A DNA stretch of 56,497 nt from an uncultured Bacteriovorax sp. (GCA_964640545.1 CAZXHL010000004.1:1-56497); one strand, 5' to 3'; counted from the first letter of the stretch, positions 46,701 through 55,568 are shown. Made by a program: numbers and translations. Notes: generated by a model from the letters alone, not told the origin.

Positions 46701-46749
46701 GAAGTGGAACAGGCTGATGAAGCCAGCAACTGGAAGAAATGGGTTCTGA
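43729..46749 (+). CDS. Large lipoprotein (1006 aa), unknown function
   Basis: GTG start preceded by GGAAGAGGG. Lipobox LLASC|SP. Leu-rich, apparently all-helical. No recognisable domain. Confidence 0.7.
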   Translation: MKKLSLSSMSALLRTLLFVGLLASCSPQKIERSQPPGSCSQIPLQSSEWTPDLTRQVFECLTTQVLGEEISSEDFENVKFVAISKLLNESFSTEGGRMKFLKLLETTRAIFPEIRNIVLDPETENVLLSDEIRTHIPWLIQNMELATPELARHPIETAKVGISIFELFQSKTSQLELLYPLSKLVKTAHKKEGSASFFLLQSRSILDSLAQHPDVTYVMNKLSKKHYCQSAPDIITESPFAQTIEFFKEDRLSPLNFLSSAEQGYAFWYQVCGSQTANTPNELGTVLAWVFQEWDPLQSVFHAGDEKSWLESGLRLIELDQSSHPKLLKLLFNSQLGKTAAYRLAEDSQMRHSWTEGLDLWIEGLENSQMELLPFMKSALLKMLASPIDSGAFMSQLSQLDSEVLAEVFEIFQIVSQKQWPAVKSSVETGKVLTLLDFFQWFIQGKEEIKDTNAPVYSDWEWRDSPPQRSENAQAKLARNLVLRCHKNSAQIKVIHDCFEQSGLNFSPKWIAPLWTLNADSAVLLAAHPDELEYVSSPALARPFWKELFEWFAISKIEPEDFLKTLSPINRIIQSQSQISWNDFLATHSQVLFEYAEPVNSPLFRNLSIYKKDRAQDIDTDLFTDGKVRQFLFKPQFWNRLIVEFLSHKKWEPSKQAIYRLINSSLELNLWVQDGRLAKLNINSIEALDLLLWELKIPIISSSTAIASVLNSWEKNKNADDVRSWLNSKHFQLSLAEKLASLKDDSGFGMRRRFENAIRLVNVLRQQPDQKLRDLLAASRFLELFKSNGRSFTSTSAKSLLFLHQMGLLQAANVAFNAKASWSKQILKSRSLDPKFSTLLNVFAQEIRAILESVSPASLRKLGKYQVNSEYWFLRSISATACSVFFTSPQHFNSLLSEKKLLTEFLKNASLVFRKYLEQNSDVLEVSFDKVHNVILAYPTSPPDENLLVLIDALSSERQLMPLWRDLYKLPNQSIEDLIVWLETGIPQRLMKWNRLMKPATGRNGF

Positions 46750-46819
46750 GGAAATACCGTCAAATCTTCAACGAGATTTAGTGAATATATTGCCTCCCAT
46801 TCAATGTTAAAATAGTTCC

Positions 46820-47599
46820 ATGCTTCGAAAGAAAGAGTCTAATATTTCTGGAATTCTTTGCTTTGCCATCCTGTTTTTCTTTGCCGGGTTTTCGCTGAAA
46901 GTGCCGGCTGCAACCAAGGTCACCGGGTTTCTAGACTCCCCCAAGGGAGTTACACTTGGGAGCGGGACTTACTATCACTGGCTTCCCAACGACAACAAAT
47001 TTGATCCCATTCCTGCTCTCGCGCCCGCTGGCACGACGGTCACTGGATCCGAGAATCAATTTCTCCTTCCCTCAAAACTTGGCGCCTTTATTCAGAAAGG
47101 TAAGATTGCTTTTGAAGGCTACTTCCGATACATGCCTAGCCTGCGAAGAAGCTACACCGCGACAGGCACCCAAGACGGAACAGGCTACATCACATTCGGA
47201 AGCTATGGTGCGGGTTTGAATCTCGGAGTGGCCATGCTGCAGAGGAACCGCTTTCAAATCAACTTTGTCTTGAACGGAGAACTTGTATTCCAAAGAGCGA
47301 CAGCTTCATTTTCACCAACGGCGGGCGGGACTGACACCATCAAAATCAAAAGCACATCGAACCTCGCAGGCATTGGATTTCAACCTGAAATCTGGCTAGG
47401 CGACATGTGGACACTTTCCATCTTTGCTGGATACCAATACGGATTTTTAAAATACTGGGAAGTCGAAAAAGCCGCTACTTTTATGGGAGACGCGAAAGCC
47501 GTTGGCGCCTTAGTTGATAGTAGCGGACAAGCCAGCAAGGCCCAATTCGGTGGCTTTCTCTTCGAGGCAACTCTCAAACTAAGCTTCCAGGGAATGTAA
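46820..47599 (+). CDS. Exported protein, possible outer-membrane beta-barrel
   Basis: 259 aa. Signal peptide (ILCFAILFFFAGFSLKVPA|AT). Alternating beta-strand-like segments (GIGFQPEIWLGDMWTLSIFAGYQYGF; FLFEATLKLSFQGM at the C-terminus). Confidence 0.5.
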   Translation: MLRKKESNISGILCFAILFFFAGFSLKVPAATKVTGFLDSPKGVTLGSGTYYHWLPNDNKFDPIPALAPAGTTVTGSENQFLLPSKLGAFIQKGKIAFEGYFRYMPSLRRSYTATGTQDGTGYITFGSYGAGLNLGVAMLQRNRFQINFVLNGELVFQRATASFSPTAGGTDTIKIKSTSNLAGIGFQPEIWLGDMWTLSIFAGYQYGFLKYWEVEKAATFMGDAKAVGALVDSSGQASKAQFGGFLFEATLKLSFQGM

Positions 47600-47724
47600 C
47601 AGTCACCACCGGCTAGCCTAGCGGCCAATTTTCTTGGGATTTCATAGGCTTTTTCTCGATTTTCATAGGAGACTTAACTCAAACTTTACTTTGGTTTGAC
47701 TATACGAGCATGTAAAATGAAGAG

Positions 47725-48825
47725 GTGAAACAATTTAAGCACGAGGCCGCGCGCCTTTTCATATTTACGATCTTAAGCCTGGCCATGTCGTTTTCGATGA
47801 GGCCAACATCAGTCAAAGCGGGTGGAGAAGACGCACAGAAAGTAGCTGGCCTCGCCCAACAAGGCGCGATGACGGCCATGATGTTATCGGCTGTTGACTC
47901 TGTCGGCTCAGGAGTTTCGTGTGGCTGTCTTGCATCCACCTCGCAAGAATGTCCTGGTAACGTAGCAATGATGTGTGGGATGATTGGCCTGAACATAGCT
48001 TCGATGATCTTAAGTATGGCGCAATCTAGTAGTGCTGGACAATCAAAGGCGGCCGTTGCTGATCTCGCAGAGATAGAACCATTCGACCCGGAAGCCTTTG
48101 GCGGACTTGGCCCGCCTCCATCTCTTGGAGGCCTAGGTAGCGGAGGGTTTGGCTGTGGCACAGAGAATGAGTCTAAGTATCTTTGTGATCCGAATGGACT
48201 CGACCTCGCACTGAATGACCTCAACAACGTTCCGACTGGACTTGACCTCACACCTGATCAAGCTGCCGCTATTGAAAAATCGAAATCTGCCATCAAATCT
48301 TTGAAAGACAAAAATTTATCCGGTGCACTCGCAGCACTCGACGGCGCGGGCTCTTATGCCGACACAGACTCAAGCAGCAATGCAGACGGAGGTACGGCTG
48401 GCGACGCATCCTATCTTGGAGATGATGGTTCCGGCGGAACGGCTGGAATTAACTCCAACTATTCAGGCACAGCTTCTGGCAACACCCTTGAGGGTAGCGG
48501 CTCCGGCGGCAAAGGTTTTGGCCCAAAAGGCGCCTTACTCGGAAGAACAGAATGGAACGGGAGTCTCGATGCTATCGATCCTCGAACCGGAAAAAGTCTG
48601 ACTCTGTGGCAACGCGCCACAAGAAGATATTTGGGCGCCCCCTCTGGGAAGCGTGGATTTACGATGGCCCGCATCGAAAAATTGCGCAAAGAATCGACTC
48701 CTGAATATGCTGAGCAAAAGAGAAAATCTGATGCGATAAAAAAAGCTGCACTAGAGAGAAAACCGGCCGCTGCTGAAGTGGCTAAGCCCGTCATTCTCTC
48801 GCCAAAAGCTCTTTTTGGGCATTGA
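47725..48825 (+). CDS. Exported Gly/Ser/Ala-rich protein with basic C-terminal region, unknown function
   Basis: 366 aa. GTG start with poor RBS spacing, so the start is uncertain. Hydrophobic signal-like LFIFTILSLAMSFSM. A Cys cluster (SCGCLASTSQECPGN..MMCG). Gly-rich low-complexity middle. Lys/Arg-rich tail. Confidence 0.55.
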   Translation: MKQFKHEAARLFIFTILSLAMSFSMRPTSVKAGGEDAQKVAGLAQQGAMTAMMLSAVDSVGSGVSCGCLASTSQECPGNVAMMCGMIGLNIASMILSMAQSSSAGQSKAAVADLAEIEPFDPEAFGGLGPPPSLGGLGSGGFGCGTENESKYLCDPNGLDLALNDLNNVPTGLDLTPDQAAAIEKSKSAIKSLKDKNLSGALAALDGAGSYADTDSSSNADGGTAGDASYLGDDGSGGTAGINSNYSGTASGNTLEGSGSGGKGFGPKGALLGRTEWNGSLDAIDPRTGKSLTLWQRATRRYLGAPSGKRGFTMARIEKLRKESTPEYAEQKRKSDAIKKAALERKPAAAEVAKPVILSPKALFGH

Positions 48826-48914
48826 CTTTAGGGCCTCCCTAGACGAGTCTCCCCGAGTGTCTGCGGATCATTAGTTTCCGCAAAAACACTCACTATATAA
48901 AAGGGAGACCTCTC

Positions 48915-49943
48915 ATGAAAATTGCTATTAATGGTTTTGGACGTATCGGACGTGTCGTCGCAAGACAACTTCTTTCAAACCCTGAACTCAAATCCAAACT
49001 AGAACTCGTTGCGATCAATGATTTGGGCGACAGTGCTTCTTCAGCCTTTTCCTTCAAATACGATTCAACTCATGGAAAGTTTCCTCAGGAAGTAAACTCC
49101 GAAAAGGACTCTATCACTATTGGTGGCCACAAAATCAATTACATCAGCTGCCCTTCTCCAGAAGAACTACCTTGGGCCAAGCTTGGGGTTGATTTGGTAT
49201 TAGAATGCACAGGCCGCTACACAACAGGCGCCACGGCTAATGCTCACATCAAAGCTGGTGCAAAAAAAGTCATCATCTCTGCCCCTGGCAAAGAAATCGA
49301 CGCCACCATCGTTATGGGCGTGAACCATACCGATTACGATCCAGCAAAACACAACATTCTCTCCAACGCGTCTTGCACAACGAACTGCTTGGCCCCACTC
49401 GTTCACACGCTTCACAAGGCCTTTGGTGTTCAGTATGGATTGATGACAACCATCCACAGCTACACTAGCGACCAACGAATCTTGGATAACGCTCACAGCG
49501 ATCCTCGTCGTGCTCGCACGGCTGCGACAAACATGATCCCCACAACGACTGGCGCTGCTGCTGCCGTTGGACTTGTGATTCCCGAGCTCAACGGAAAACT
49601 CGACGGCTTCTCTGTTCGCGTTCCCACTCCAAACGTTTCACTAACTGACTTTGTGGGAGAACTTTCTCAAGAAGTCACCATTGAAGACGTGAACAACGCC
49701 TTCAGAAAAGCTGCCGAAAGCAACCTCAAAGGTATCATGACAGTTTGTGACCTTCCCCTTGTAAGCTCTGACTTCAACGGCAATCCTTACAGCTCAATCA
49801 TTGATTCCTCTTGCACGAAAGTGACTGGAAAGAATGGCTCTAGCAAAGGTAGCATGGTTAAAGTTTACAGCTGGTACGACAACGAGACTGGGTTCAGCAA
49901 TCGCATGTTGGAACTAGCCACTCTTATTGGCTCGAAACTTTAA
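48915..49943 (+). CDS. gap: Glyceraldehyde-3-phosphate dehydrogenase (type I)
   Basis: INGFGRIGR, SNASCTTNCLAP and WYDNE. RBS AGGGAGA. Confidence 0.95.
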   Translation: MKIAINGFGRIGRVVARQLLSNPELKSKLELVAINDLGDSASSAFSFKYDSTHGKFPQEVNSEKDSITIGGHKINYISCPSPEELPWAKLGVDLVLECTGRYTTGATANAHIKAGAKKVIISAPGKEIDATIVMGVNHTDYDPAKHNILSNASCTTNCLAPLVHTLHKAFGVQYGLMTTIHSYTSDQRILDNAHSDPRRARTAATNMIPTTTGAAAAVGLVIPELNGKLDGFSVRVPTPNVSLTDFVGELSQEVTIEDVNNAFRKAAESNLKGIMTVCDLPLVSSDFNGNPYSSIIDSSCTKVTGKNGSSKGSMVKVYSWYDNETGFSNRMLELATLIGSKL

Positions 49944-49946
49944 TTT

Positions 49947-49982
49947 AAGGTCCGAACATAAGTCCGAATACAAGTCCGGAAT
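49947..49982. repeat. Three tandem 12-nt units in the gap-pgk spacer
   Basis: AAGGTCCGAACA / TAAGTCCGAATA / CAAGTCCGGAAT. The core GTCCG recurs at exactly 12-nt spacing (49950, 49962, 49974). Confidence 0.85.
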
Positions 49983-50012
49983 GAAAAGCCCAAATAAGGT
50001 AATAGGTAAAAA

Positions 50013-51242
50013 ATGAGCGATCCAGCATCACTAAGACGATACCCTGGAGCCGAGCGAATCAAGAGTCTTGATTCGCTCGAGCTTTCTGGAAAAAGAGTTT
50101 TTCTTCGCGTTGACTTCAACGTTCCCCTTCAAAACGGAAAAGTAGCGGACGACACGAGAATCAAAGCAGCCCTTCCCACAATTGAATACCTTTGCGAAAA
50201 AGGCGCCGCCGTTATTTGTGCCTCACACTTTGGCCGTCCGAAAGGCAAACGAGATCCCAAATTCAGCCTTGAACCTGCGGCGTCGAGACTTGGCGAGCTT
50301 TGCAACCGAGACATTATTTTTTCCGAAGACTGCAAAGGCAACGGCGTCACAAGACAAACAAAAGAATTGAAACCGGGACAAATCCTGGTCCTTGAAAACC
50401 TTCGTTTCTATGAAGGCGAAGAAGCCAACTCTGAAGAATTTTGTCACGATCTTGCAAAACTTTGCGACGTCTATGTGAACGATGCTTTCGGCACCTGTCA
50501 CAGAGCTCACGCGAGCACTGCTGGCCTTCCCCTTCTCGTTCCACACCGAGCTGCTGGCTTGCTTCTTGAGAAAGAGATCTCATCACTCAGCACATTAATC
50601 TACAATCCACTGCGTCCCTTGGTTTCGATCATTGGCGGAGCCAAAGTCAGCGACAAAGCAAAAGTTGTCGATGCCTTGATGGTCAAAAGTTCCAAGATCA
50701 TCATCGGTGGAGCCATGGCCTACACTTTCCTCAAGGCTTTGAATGTCCAAACTGGAAATTCTCGCGTTGAACCCGACCTTGTGCCTCTTGCCAAAAAACT
50801 TTTGGATCGAAGCGAACAAGCTCAGTGCAAAATTTTGCTACCTGTTGACCATGTTACGGGCGAAAGCTTCGACAAACCTGGCACCCCGAAGATCACAGAG
50901 AACGCTCACATTCCTGAAGGTGCCATGGGACTTGATATTGGACCCAAGACACGAGAACTATTCACACGCGAACTCCAAGGCGCTCAGAGTGTGTTTTGGA
51001 ACGGACCTATGGGCGTTTTTGAAAAGCCCCCATTCCACGAAGGCACTTTTGCGATCGCAAAAGCCATTGCCGAACTGGATGCTAAAGAAAAAATTTGCGG
51101 TGGCGGAGATTCCGTTTCAGCCATCAATCAAAGTGGACTCGCAAGTGGCTTCACTCACATTTCTACTGGCGGTGGTGCTAGCCTCGAGATGATCGAAGGC
51201 AAAGCCATGCCTGGAATTGAAGCCCTAAAATTGAGTCGATAA
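50013..51242 (+). CDS. pgk: Phosphoglycerate kinase
   Basis: 409 aa. RVDFNVP, SHFGRPKG, LENLRF...GEE and GGGDS. Confidence 0.95.
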   Translation: MSDPASLRRYPGAERIKSLDSLELSGKRVFLRVDFNVPLQNGKVADDTRIKAALPTIEYLCEKGAAVICASHFGRPKGKRDPKFSLEPAASRLGELCNRDIIFSEDCKGNGVTRQTKELKPGQILVLENLRFYEGEEANSEEFCHDLAKLCDVYVNDAFGTCHRAHASTAGLPLLVPHRAAGLLLEKEISSLSTLIYNPLRPLVSIIGGAKVSDKAKVVDALMVKSSKIIIGGAMAYTFLKALNVQTGNSRVEPDLVPLAKKLLDRSEQAQCKILLPVDHVTGESFDKPGTPKITENAHIPEGAMGLDIGPKTRELFTRELQGAQSVFWNGPMGVFEKPPFHEGTFAIAKAIAELDAKEKICGGGDSVSAINQSGLASGFTHISTGGGASLEMIEGKAMPGIEALKLSR

Positions 51243-51269
51243 ATAAGCAGATAAATAAAGGATCTTGTC

Positions 51270-52007
51270 ATGAAGAAAATACTCGCCGGAAACTGGAAAA
51301 TGCACAAAACTCGAAGTGAAGTGGAAAGCTTCATTAGTAGCTTCTCTGCTCAATCCAATTCAGAGACGAGCATTGCGATCGCTCCAAGCCCAACGCTTCT
51401 TGAAACTGCGGTTAACGCAGCAAAAGGAACAGGCATCGAGATCTATTCTCAAAATGTTTCTTTTGAGAACGAAGGCGCATGGACCGGTGAAATAAGCCCA
51501 CTTCAACTCAAAGATATCGGCGTTACAGGAAGCCTTGTGGGTCACTCAGAAAGAAGAACTCATTTTGCAGACACAGACGAAACCTGTGCAAAACGTGCGG
51601 CCAAAGCCTTCGAGCACGGCCTCAAAGTTATCTATTGCATTGGCGAAACTCTTGAAGAACGAGAAGCCGGCCAAACCGAGGCCGTCATCAAGAAGCAAAT
51701 GGCTGCAGCCATTCCAACTCTAAAAAATGCAAAGGCCAGTGATAGCAACTGCGCCATCGCATACGAGCCGGTTTGGGCCATAGGAACAGGGAAAGTAGCC
51801 GGCCCAGAACAAGTCAAAGAAGCACACGAATGGGTTCAAAACGAGCTCTCTAGCGCAGGGCTTAACCTACCCATCCTATATGGTGGATCGGTAAAACCTT
51901 CTAATTTTGGGGAACTATCAGCTATTCCACATGTTGCAGGGGCCCTCGTGGGTGGAGCTTCGCTCAAATCAGATGATTTCAGCGCTCTATTCGAGATTTT
52001 GCGCTGA
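51270..52007 (+). CDS. tpiA: Triose-phosphate isomerase
   Basis: 245 aa. AGNWKMH, VGHSERR, AYEPVWAIGTG and GGS. Confidence 0.95.
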   Translation: MKKILAGNWKMHKTRSEVESFISSFSAQSNSETSIAIAPSPTLLETAVNAAKGTGIEIYSQNVSFENEGAWTGEISPLQLKDIGVTGSLVGHSERRTHFADTDETCAKRAAKAFEHGLKVIYCIGETLEEREAGQTEAVIKKQMAAAIPTLKNAKASDSNCAIAYEPVWAIGTGKVAGPEQVKEAHEWVQNELSSAGLNLPILYGGSVKPSNFGELSAIPHVAGALVGGASLKSDDFSALFEILR

Positions 52008-52073
52008 GAATCCGGCCATATAACGCTTGATTGCTTGATTGGGCACCCCGATCTGATGTATACCGGGGCCGTT

Positions 52074-52166
52074 ATGATCATATCACCTACATTTACCCTC
52101 ACTGCCTTACTTTGTGGTTTCATTGCCTTTTTGATTGCTGGCTCAATGGGCCGTGGTGGTTTCTAA
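52074..52166 (+). CDS. Candidate 30-codon hydrophobic micro-ORF directly abutting secG (speculative)
   Basis: ATG at 52074. Translation by hand gives MIISPTFTLTALLCGFIAFLIAGSMGRGGF*. The TAA stop (52164..52166) is immediately followed by the secG ATG (52167). It is below the ORF-track size cutoff and has only a weak GGGG upstream as RBS. Confidence 0.25.
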   Translation: MIISPTFTLTALLCGFIAFLIAGSMGRGGF

Positions 52167-52508
52167 ATGTTCACGGTTATTACAGTATTACAGGTCATCG
52201 CAGCGATCATGGTAGTAGGATTCATCCTACTACAACCCGCTAAAAATAGCGGTAGTGCTTTTGGTCCAAGTGAGCAATCCCTTACTGGAAACTCTGCGGG
52301 AACAAGCGCCCCCTTCAAACTTACAATGATGGCCGCTGCCTTTATTGCACTGTCTAGTTTGTTCTTGAGCTGGTACCACATCAATAGCTCAAAAACTTCA
52401 GTCGTTGACGAATTGAGCGAAATTTCAATCAATCCCGATATGGCTCCGTCTGTTCCGCCTGCAGCAGAAACTCTTCCTCCACAAAATGAAGGCAATCCAG
52501 CAGAGTAA
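52167..52508 (+). CDS. secG: Preprotein translocase subunit SecG
   Basis: 113 aa. Two hydrophobic helices with LLQ..K..G....FG between them. Conserved tpiA-secG synteny. Confidence 0.85.
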   Translation: MFTVITVLQVIAAIMVVGFILLQPAKNSGSAFGPSEQSLTGNSAGTSAPFKLTMMAAAFIALSSLFLSWYHINSSKTSVVDELSEISINPDMAPSVPPAAETLPPQNEGNPAE

Positions 52509-52530
52509 TTGATCTCATATTTTAGAAACA

Positions 52531-52569
52531 AAAAATCTCGCTTAGCACTTTGCTAGGCGAGATTTTTTT
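52531..52569. terminator. Strong bidirectional rho-independent terminator after secG
   Basis: ATCTCGCTTAGCA (52535..52547), loop CTT, then TGCTAGGCGAGAT (52551..52563), with one G-U pair. It is flanked by AAAAA upstream and TTTTTTT downstream. Confidence 0.85.
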
Positions 52570-52639
52570 ATCTTAAATGATTCAGGATGCTCCAACTCTC
52601 CCTTGGAGCATCGCTCACATTACAGAACTAACTTCAACG

Positions 52640-53713
52640 CTAACAACCCGGCGGCTTACGGAAGCGACCACGCGGACCAGATCGAATGCGGCGACTACAA
52701 CGCTTTCTTTCTTTCTCTGCCTTCTGCGCCTCGAGACGCTCTTTCACTCTGGGCCACTCATCAGCCCACCACGAATCAGAGAACGACACATCAGCCAATT
52801 TTTCTTGTCCAATGACATTGGGATGGAAGCAGTCGACACTCAAATCATCAGCGGTAAAATCCACACCATAGGCAGCACGCGACAACCTCACTCGATCCCC
52901 GTAAGACTGTGATCTTGAATCTGCGATGTCTTGCAAAGCGTCGTTATAATCGATCACTCGTTGTGCGATCTTAGCTCTTTCATTCGGACTTTCTTCTGTC
53001 GTCAAAGTGTGGCAAAGCTTGATGGTTTTCCACATTTTTTCGCAAGTAAGCCCCACATGAAGGTATTTGTCCTTCGCAACATTTCTAAGACTCTCAATGT
53101 TTGGAACACTTCCAAGCAGGATCTTTGAACGCGGGCTCTGCGACAGAACCTCGTCGACCACTTGCGATATGTTGGCATGATAGTCTCGCACAGGAACCAT
53201 GTCTTGAGTTCGATCTTGGCAAATATCATTGGGGCCAATCATAAGAGTCACATAATCTGGGTAGGCTTGGTCAAAATTGTTTTCCGACCATTCATTCAAG
53301 CGCATAGCCTGATCCCACATGTGCCTACTTTCATTTCCCGAAACCGCCACGTTTGCCGTAGGCATTTGATGATCGAGTCCAGAGATGGCAGAGAGTCTGT
53401 GGGAGTGACTGTATACATTTTGATTTTTATCGTAGCCGCCAGCCCAGCTTAGCTGTCGAGCTTCAACTTTAGCGATGTCTTTTGTCGCTCCAAATTGAAG
53501 TAGCTTTACTAGCAACTTGATCTCGGTCCAAGGCAACTTAAAGTCCTGCCTTTTGAAATCAGCTAGAGCACCGGCCGTCATGCTGTCTCCCAAGTTTCCA
53601 ATATGCCTTGGAAGCTCAAAAGCTCCAGCCTTCAAATGAAAGGACATACTTAGGGCACAAAACCCCATTAAAAATTTTGCGGCTGCCTGACCGCGTTTGC
53701 GAGATTGTTTCAC
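52640..53713 (-). CDS. Exported SGNH/GDSL-family hydrolase (lipase/esterase)
   Basis: 357 aa. Signal peptide. Block I NLGDSMTAG, block III LMIGPNDI and block V DCFHPN (DxxH). Unusual basic C-terminal tail (KAEKERKRCSRRIRSGPRGRFRKPP). Confidence 0.85.
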   Translation of the reverse strand: MKQSRKRGQAAAKFLMGFCALSMSFHLKAGAFELPRHIGNLGDSMTAGALADFKRQDFKLPWTEIKLLVKLLQFGATKDIAKVEARQLSWAGGYDKNQNVYSHSHRLSAISGLDHQMPTANVAVSGNESRHMWDQAMRLNEWSENNFDQAYPDYVTLMIGPNDICQDRTQDMVPVRDYHANISQVVDEVLSQSPRSKILLGSVPNIESLRNVAKDKYLHVGLTCEKMWKTIKLCHTLTTEESPNERAKIAQRVIDYNDALQDIADSRSQSYGDRVRLSRAAYGVDFTADDLSVDCFHPNVIGQEKLADVSFSDSWWADEWPRVKERLEAQKAEKERKRCSRRIRSGPRGRFRKPPGC

Positions 53714-53941
53714 GAATTCCCCTCCCCTGTGGAATCCGTTCCTGAGCTTTCGACACCTACATCCCGCAATTAAGTTCTCAGTGAACGTCTAATAGAAACA
53801 ACTTTAGTGGAAAGTTGTCACGGTGTGTCATTAAGCTTGAGTTAAGGATTTCGAAAATCGAAGGCTGACCATAAAGAAATGATGAAGTGAGAAAGGAAAA
53901 TAGCTGATGCGACTTTGCCGTTCGGCTGATACAAATCCGAA

Positions 53942-54727
53942 ATGCTCAGTATTGAAGCCAAGGAACTTGGAAGGCATTTTAAAATCCGTGATCGAGGCGA
54001 AGGCTTAGGCGCTGCCGTCCAATCATTCCTGAGTCCCAAATGGAAAATCAAGGACGCTGTCAGTGATGTGAGTTTCGGGATTCAGCAAGGTGAAATCGTA
54101 GGACTTGTAGGAGCCAACGGTGCGGGTAAAACAACTCTGCTTAAGATGATCGCGGGTCTTTTACACCCCACCCACGGAAGCGTGAGCTCACTTGGCTTCA
54201 CTCCACACCAGCGGGACAAGGCCTACCTCAAACAAATCGGAATGGTCATGGGACAGAAGTCTCAGATGTGGGTGGATATTCCCGCATGGGACACCTTTAT
54301 GCTTCTCGCGGATATCTATGACCTTGATCCGGCGAAGGCGCGCGCTCGGGTTGAAAAACTGGCAAAGCAGTTTCGAGTTTTTGATCAGCTTGGCGTGCAA
54401 GTGCGCAGACTCTCTCTTGGAGAGAGAATGAAAATGGAAATCATCGCCGCCGTCTTGCACGAACCAAAGATACTGATTCTCGACGAACCCACAATAGGTC
54501 TCGATGTTCTAGCCAAAGACGTCATTCGAAACTTTGTTCTGGAATACAACAAGGAAGAAGAAACGAGCATCATCCTCAGCAGCCACGACATGGAAGACAT
54601 TTCAGAGCTTTGTGACAAGCTGATCGTCATCAACAAAGGCAAGCTCGTTTACAACGGCGATCTAGAGTCATTCTCCAAAGACAAAAACCTCAAGCAATGG
54701 ATTCAAAGCATTATATCGGAAGAGTAA
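53942..54727 (+). CDS. ABC transporter ATP-binding protein
   Basis: 261 aa. Walker A GANGAGKTT, signature LSLGERMK and Walker B ILILDEPT. Confidence 0.92.
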   Translation: MLSIEAKELGRHFKIRDRGEGLGAAVQSFLSPKWKIKDAVSDVSFGIQQGEIVGLVGANGAGKTTLLKMIAGLLHPTHGSVSSLGFTPHQRDKAYLKQIGMVMGQKSQMWVDIPAWDTFMLLADIYDLDPAKARARVEKLAKQFRVFDQLGVQVRRLSLGERMKMEIIAAVLHEPKILILDEPTIGLDVLAKDVIRNFVLEYNKEEETSIILSSHDMEDISELCDKLIVINKGKLVYNGDLESFSKDKNLKQWIQSIISEE

Positions 54728-54764
54728 GGGGGAGGGAGGTATCCGATACCGTAAAAAAAGCGAC

Positions 54765-55565
54765 ATGAATTTAAGATCCTTCAAAAAAGTGATTCGCAAC
54801 ACCATCATGGTCGATATCGAATATCGCTTTAATTACTACATGCTCATTTTATCAACGATACTGACTCTCATCATGGAGTGGGCCGTGTTTGAGCATGTTT
54901 TTGAAGGACGCCAAAATGTCGGAGGCCTACCCGCCTCTCACGCTTTTGCCTTCGTGTTATTTGGAATGATCATTCGCACAGTCCAGGTCCTTTGGGGTAA
55001 GGCCTCTCAGATGATCGACGAAGTTAGAGAAGGCACCTTCCGTCGCTACCTACTTCAACCTATTTCCCATCCACTGTATTTTATCGCTCAAGCTATTGGC
55101 GCAAAGACTAACACGTTCCTTGCGGCGATTGTGATTTGCCTCGTCTATAAGTTTGCTTTTGATTCTCCCGCTACTTTTTTGTCCATCGATGGTCTTGGCC
55201 CAACGTTCATTTCGTTTACCCTCTCCTGCTTGCTGCTTTGGATGATTTACCTCTGCATGGTTTACGCCTCATTCTATTTGGAAGAGTCGCAGTTCTTACT
55301 ATTGACTCTCAATATTAGTATTGGTGTCTTTTCTGGAACTGTTTTGCCATTGTCGTGGCTACCGGATTGGTTAAAGATATTTTTGAGCTATACACCACTC
55401 CCCCTCCTAGGAGATTGGCCACTTCGCACTGCCCTTGGTCTGATGCCATCCGCCGAATTTTTCCATTCTCTTCAACTCGCCACACTCTGGACAGCAATCC
55501 TAGCTGGACTCATGGCCATTCTTTACCGCCGAGGCCTCAAGCGGTATGAGGCCTTCGGAGGTTAG
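54765..55565 (+). CDS. ABC-2-type transporter permease
   Basis: 266 aa with about 6 hydrophobic helices. Immediately downstream of the ATPase. C-terminal ...RRGLKRYEAFGG mirrors the next gene. Confidence 0.7.
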   Translation: MNLRSFKKVIRNTIMVDIEYRFNYYMLILSTILTLIMEWAVFEHVFEGRQNVGGLPASHAFAFVLFGMIIRTVQVLWGKASQMIDEVREGTFRRYLLQPISHPLYFIAQAIGAKTNTFLAAIVICLVYKFAFDSPATFLSIDGLGPTFISFTLSCLLLWMIYLCMVYASFYLEESQFLLLTLNISIGVFSGTVLPLSWLPDWLKIFLSYTPLPLLGDWPLRTALGLMPSAEFFHSLQLATLWTAILAGLMAILYRRGLKRYEAFGG

Positions 55566-55568
55566 ACG

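Noticed and set aside
47700-48251. 183-aa minus-strand ORF overlapping the Gly-rich protein gene
   Set aside because: It is shorter than the 366-aa plus-strand ORF and nested in it. It is a Pro/Ser/Ala-rich shadow of Gly-rich codons, while the plus-strand product has a signal-like N-terminus and fits the surrounding same-strand gene run. The plus-strand start codon remains uncertain.
52031-52243. 70-aa ORF spanning the tpiA-secG spacer and the secG start
   Set aside because: It is out of frame with and overlaps the well-supported secG. Its Trp/Cys/His-rich translation is atypical. The in-spacer 30-codon ORF in a different frame is the more plausible small gene.
52577-52912. 111-aa plus-strand ORF downstream of the secG terminator
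   Set aside because: It is antisense to the C-terminal part of the SGNH hydrolase gene, which has all the diagnostic blocks. It also starts right after a strong terminator with no promoter or RBS.
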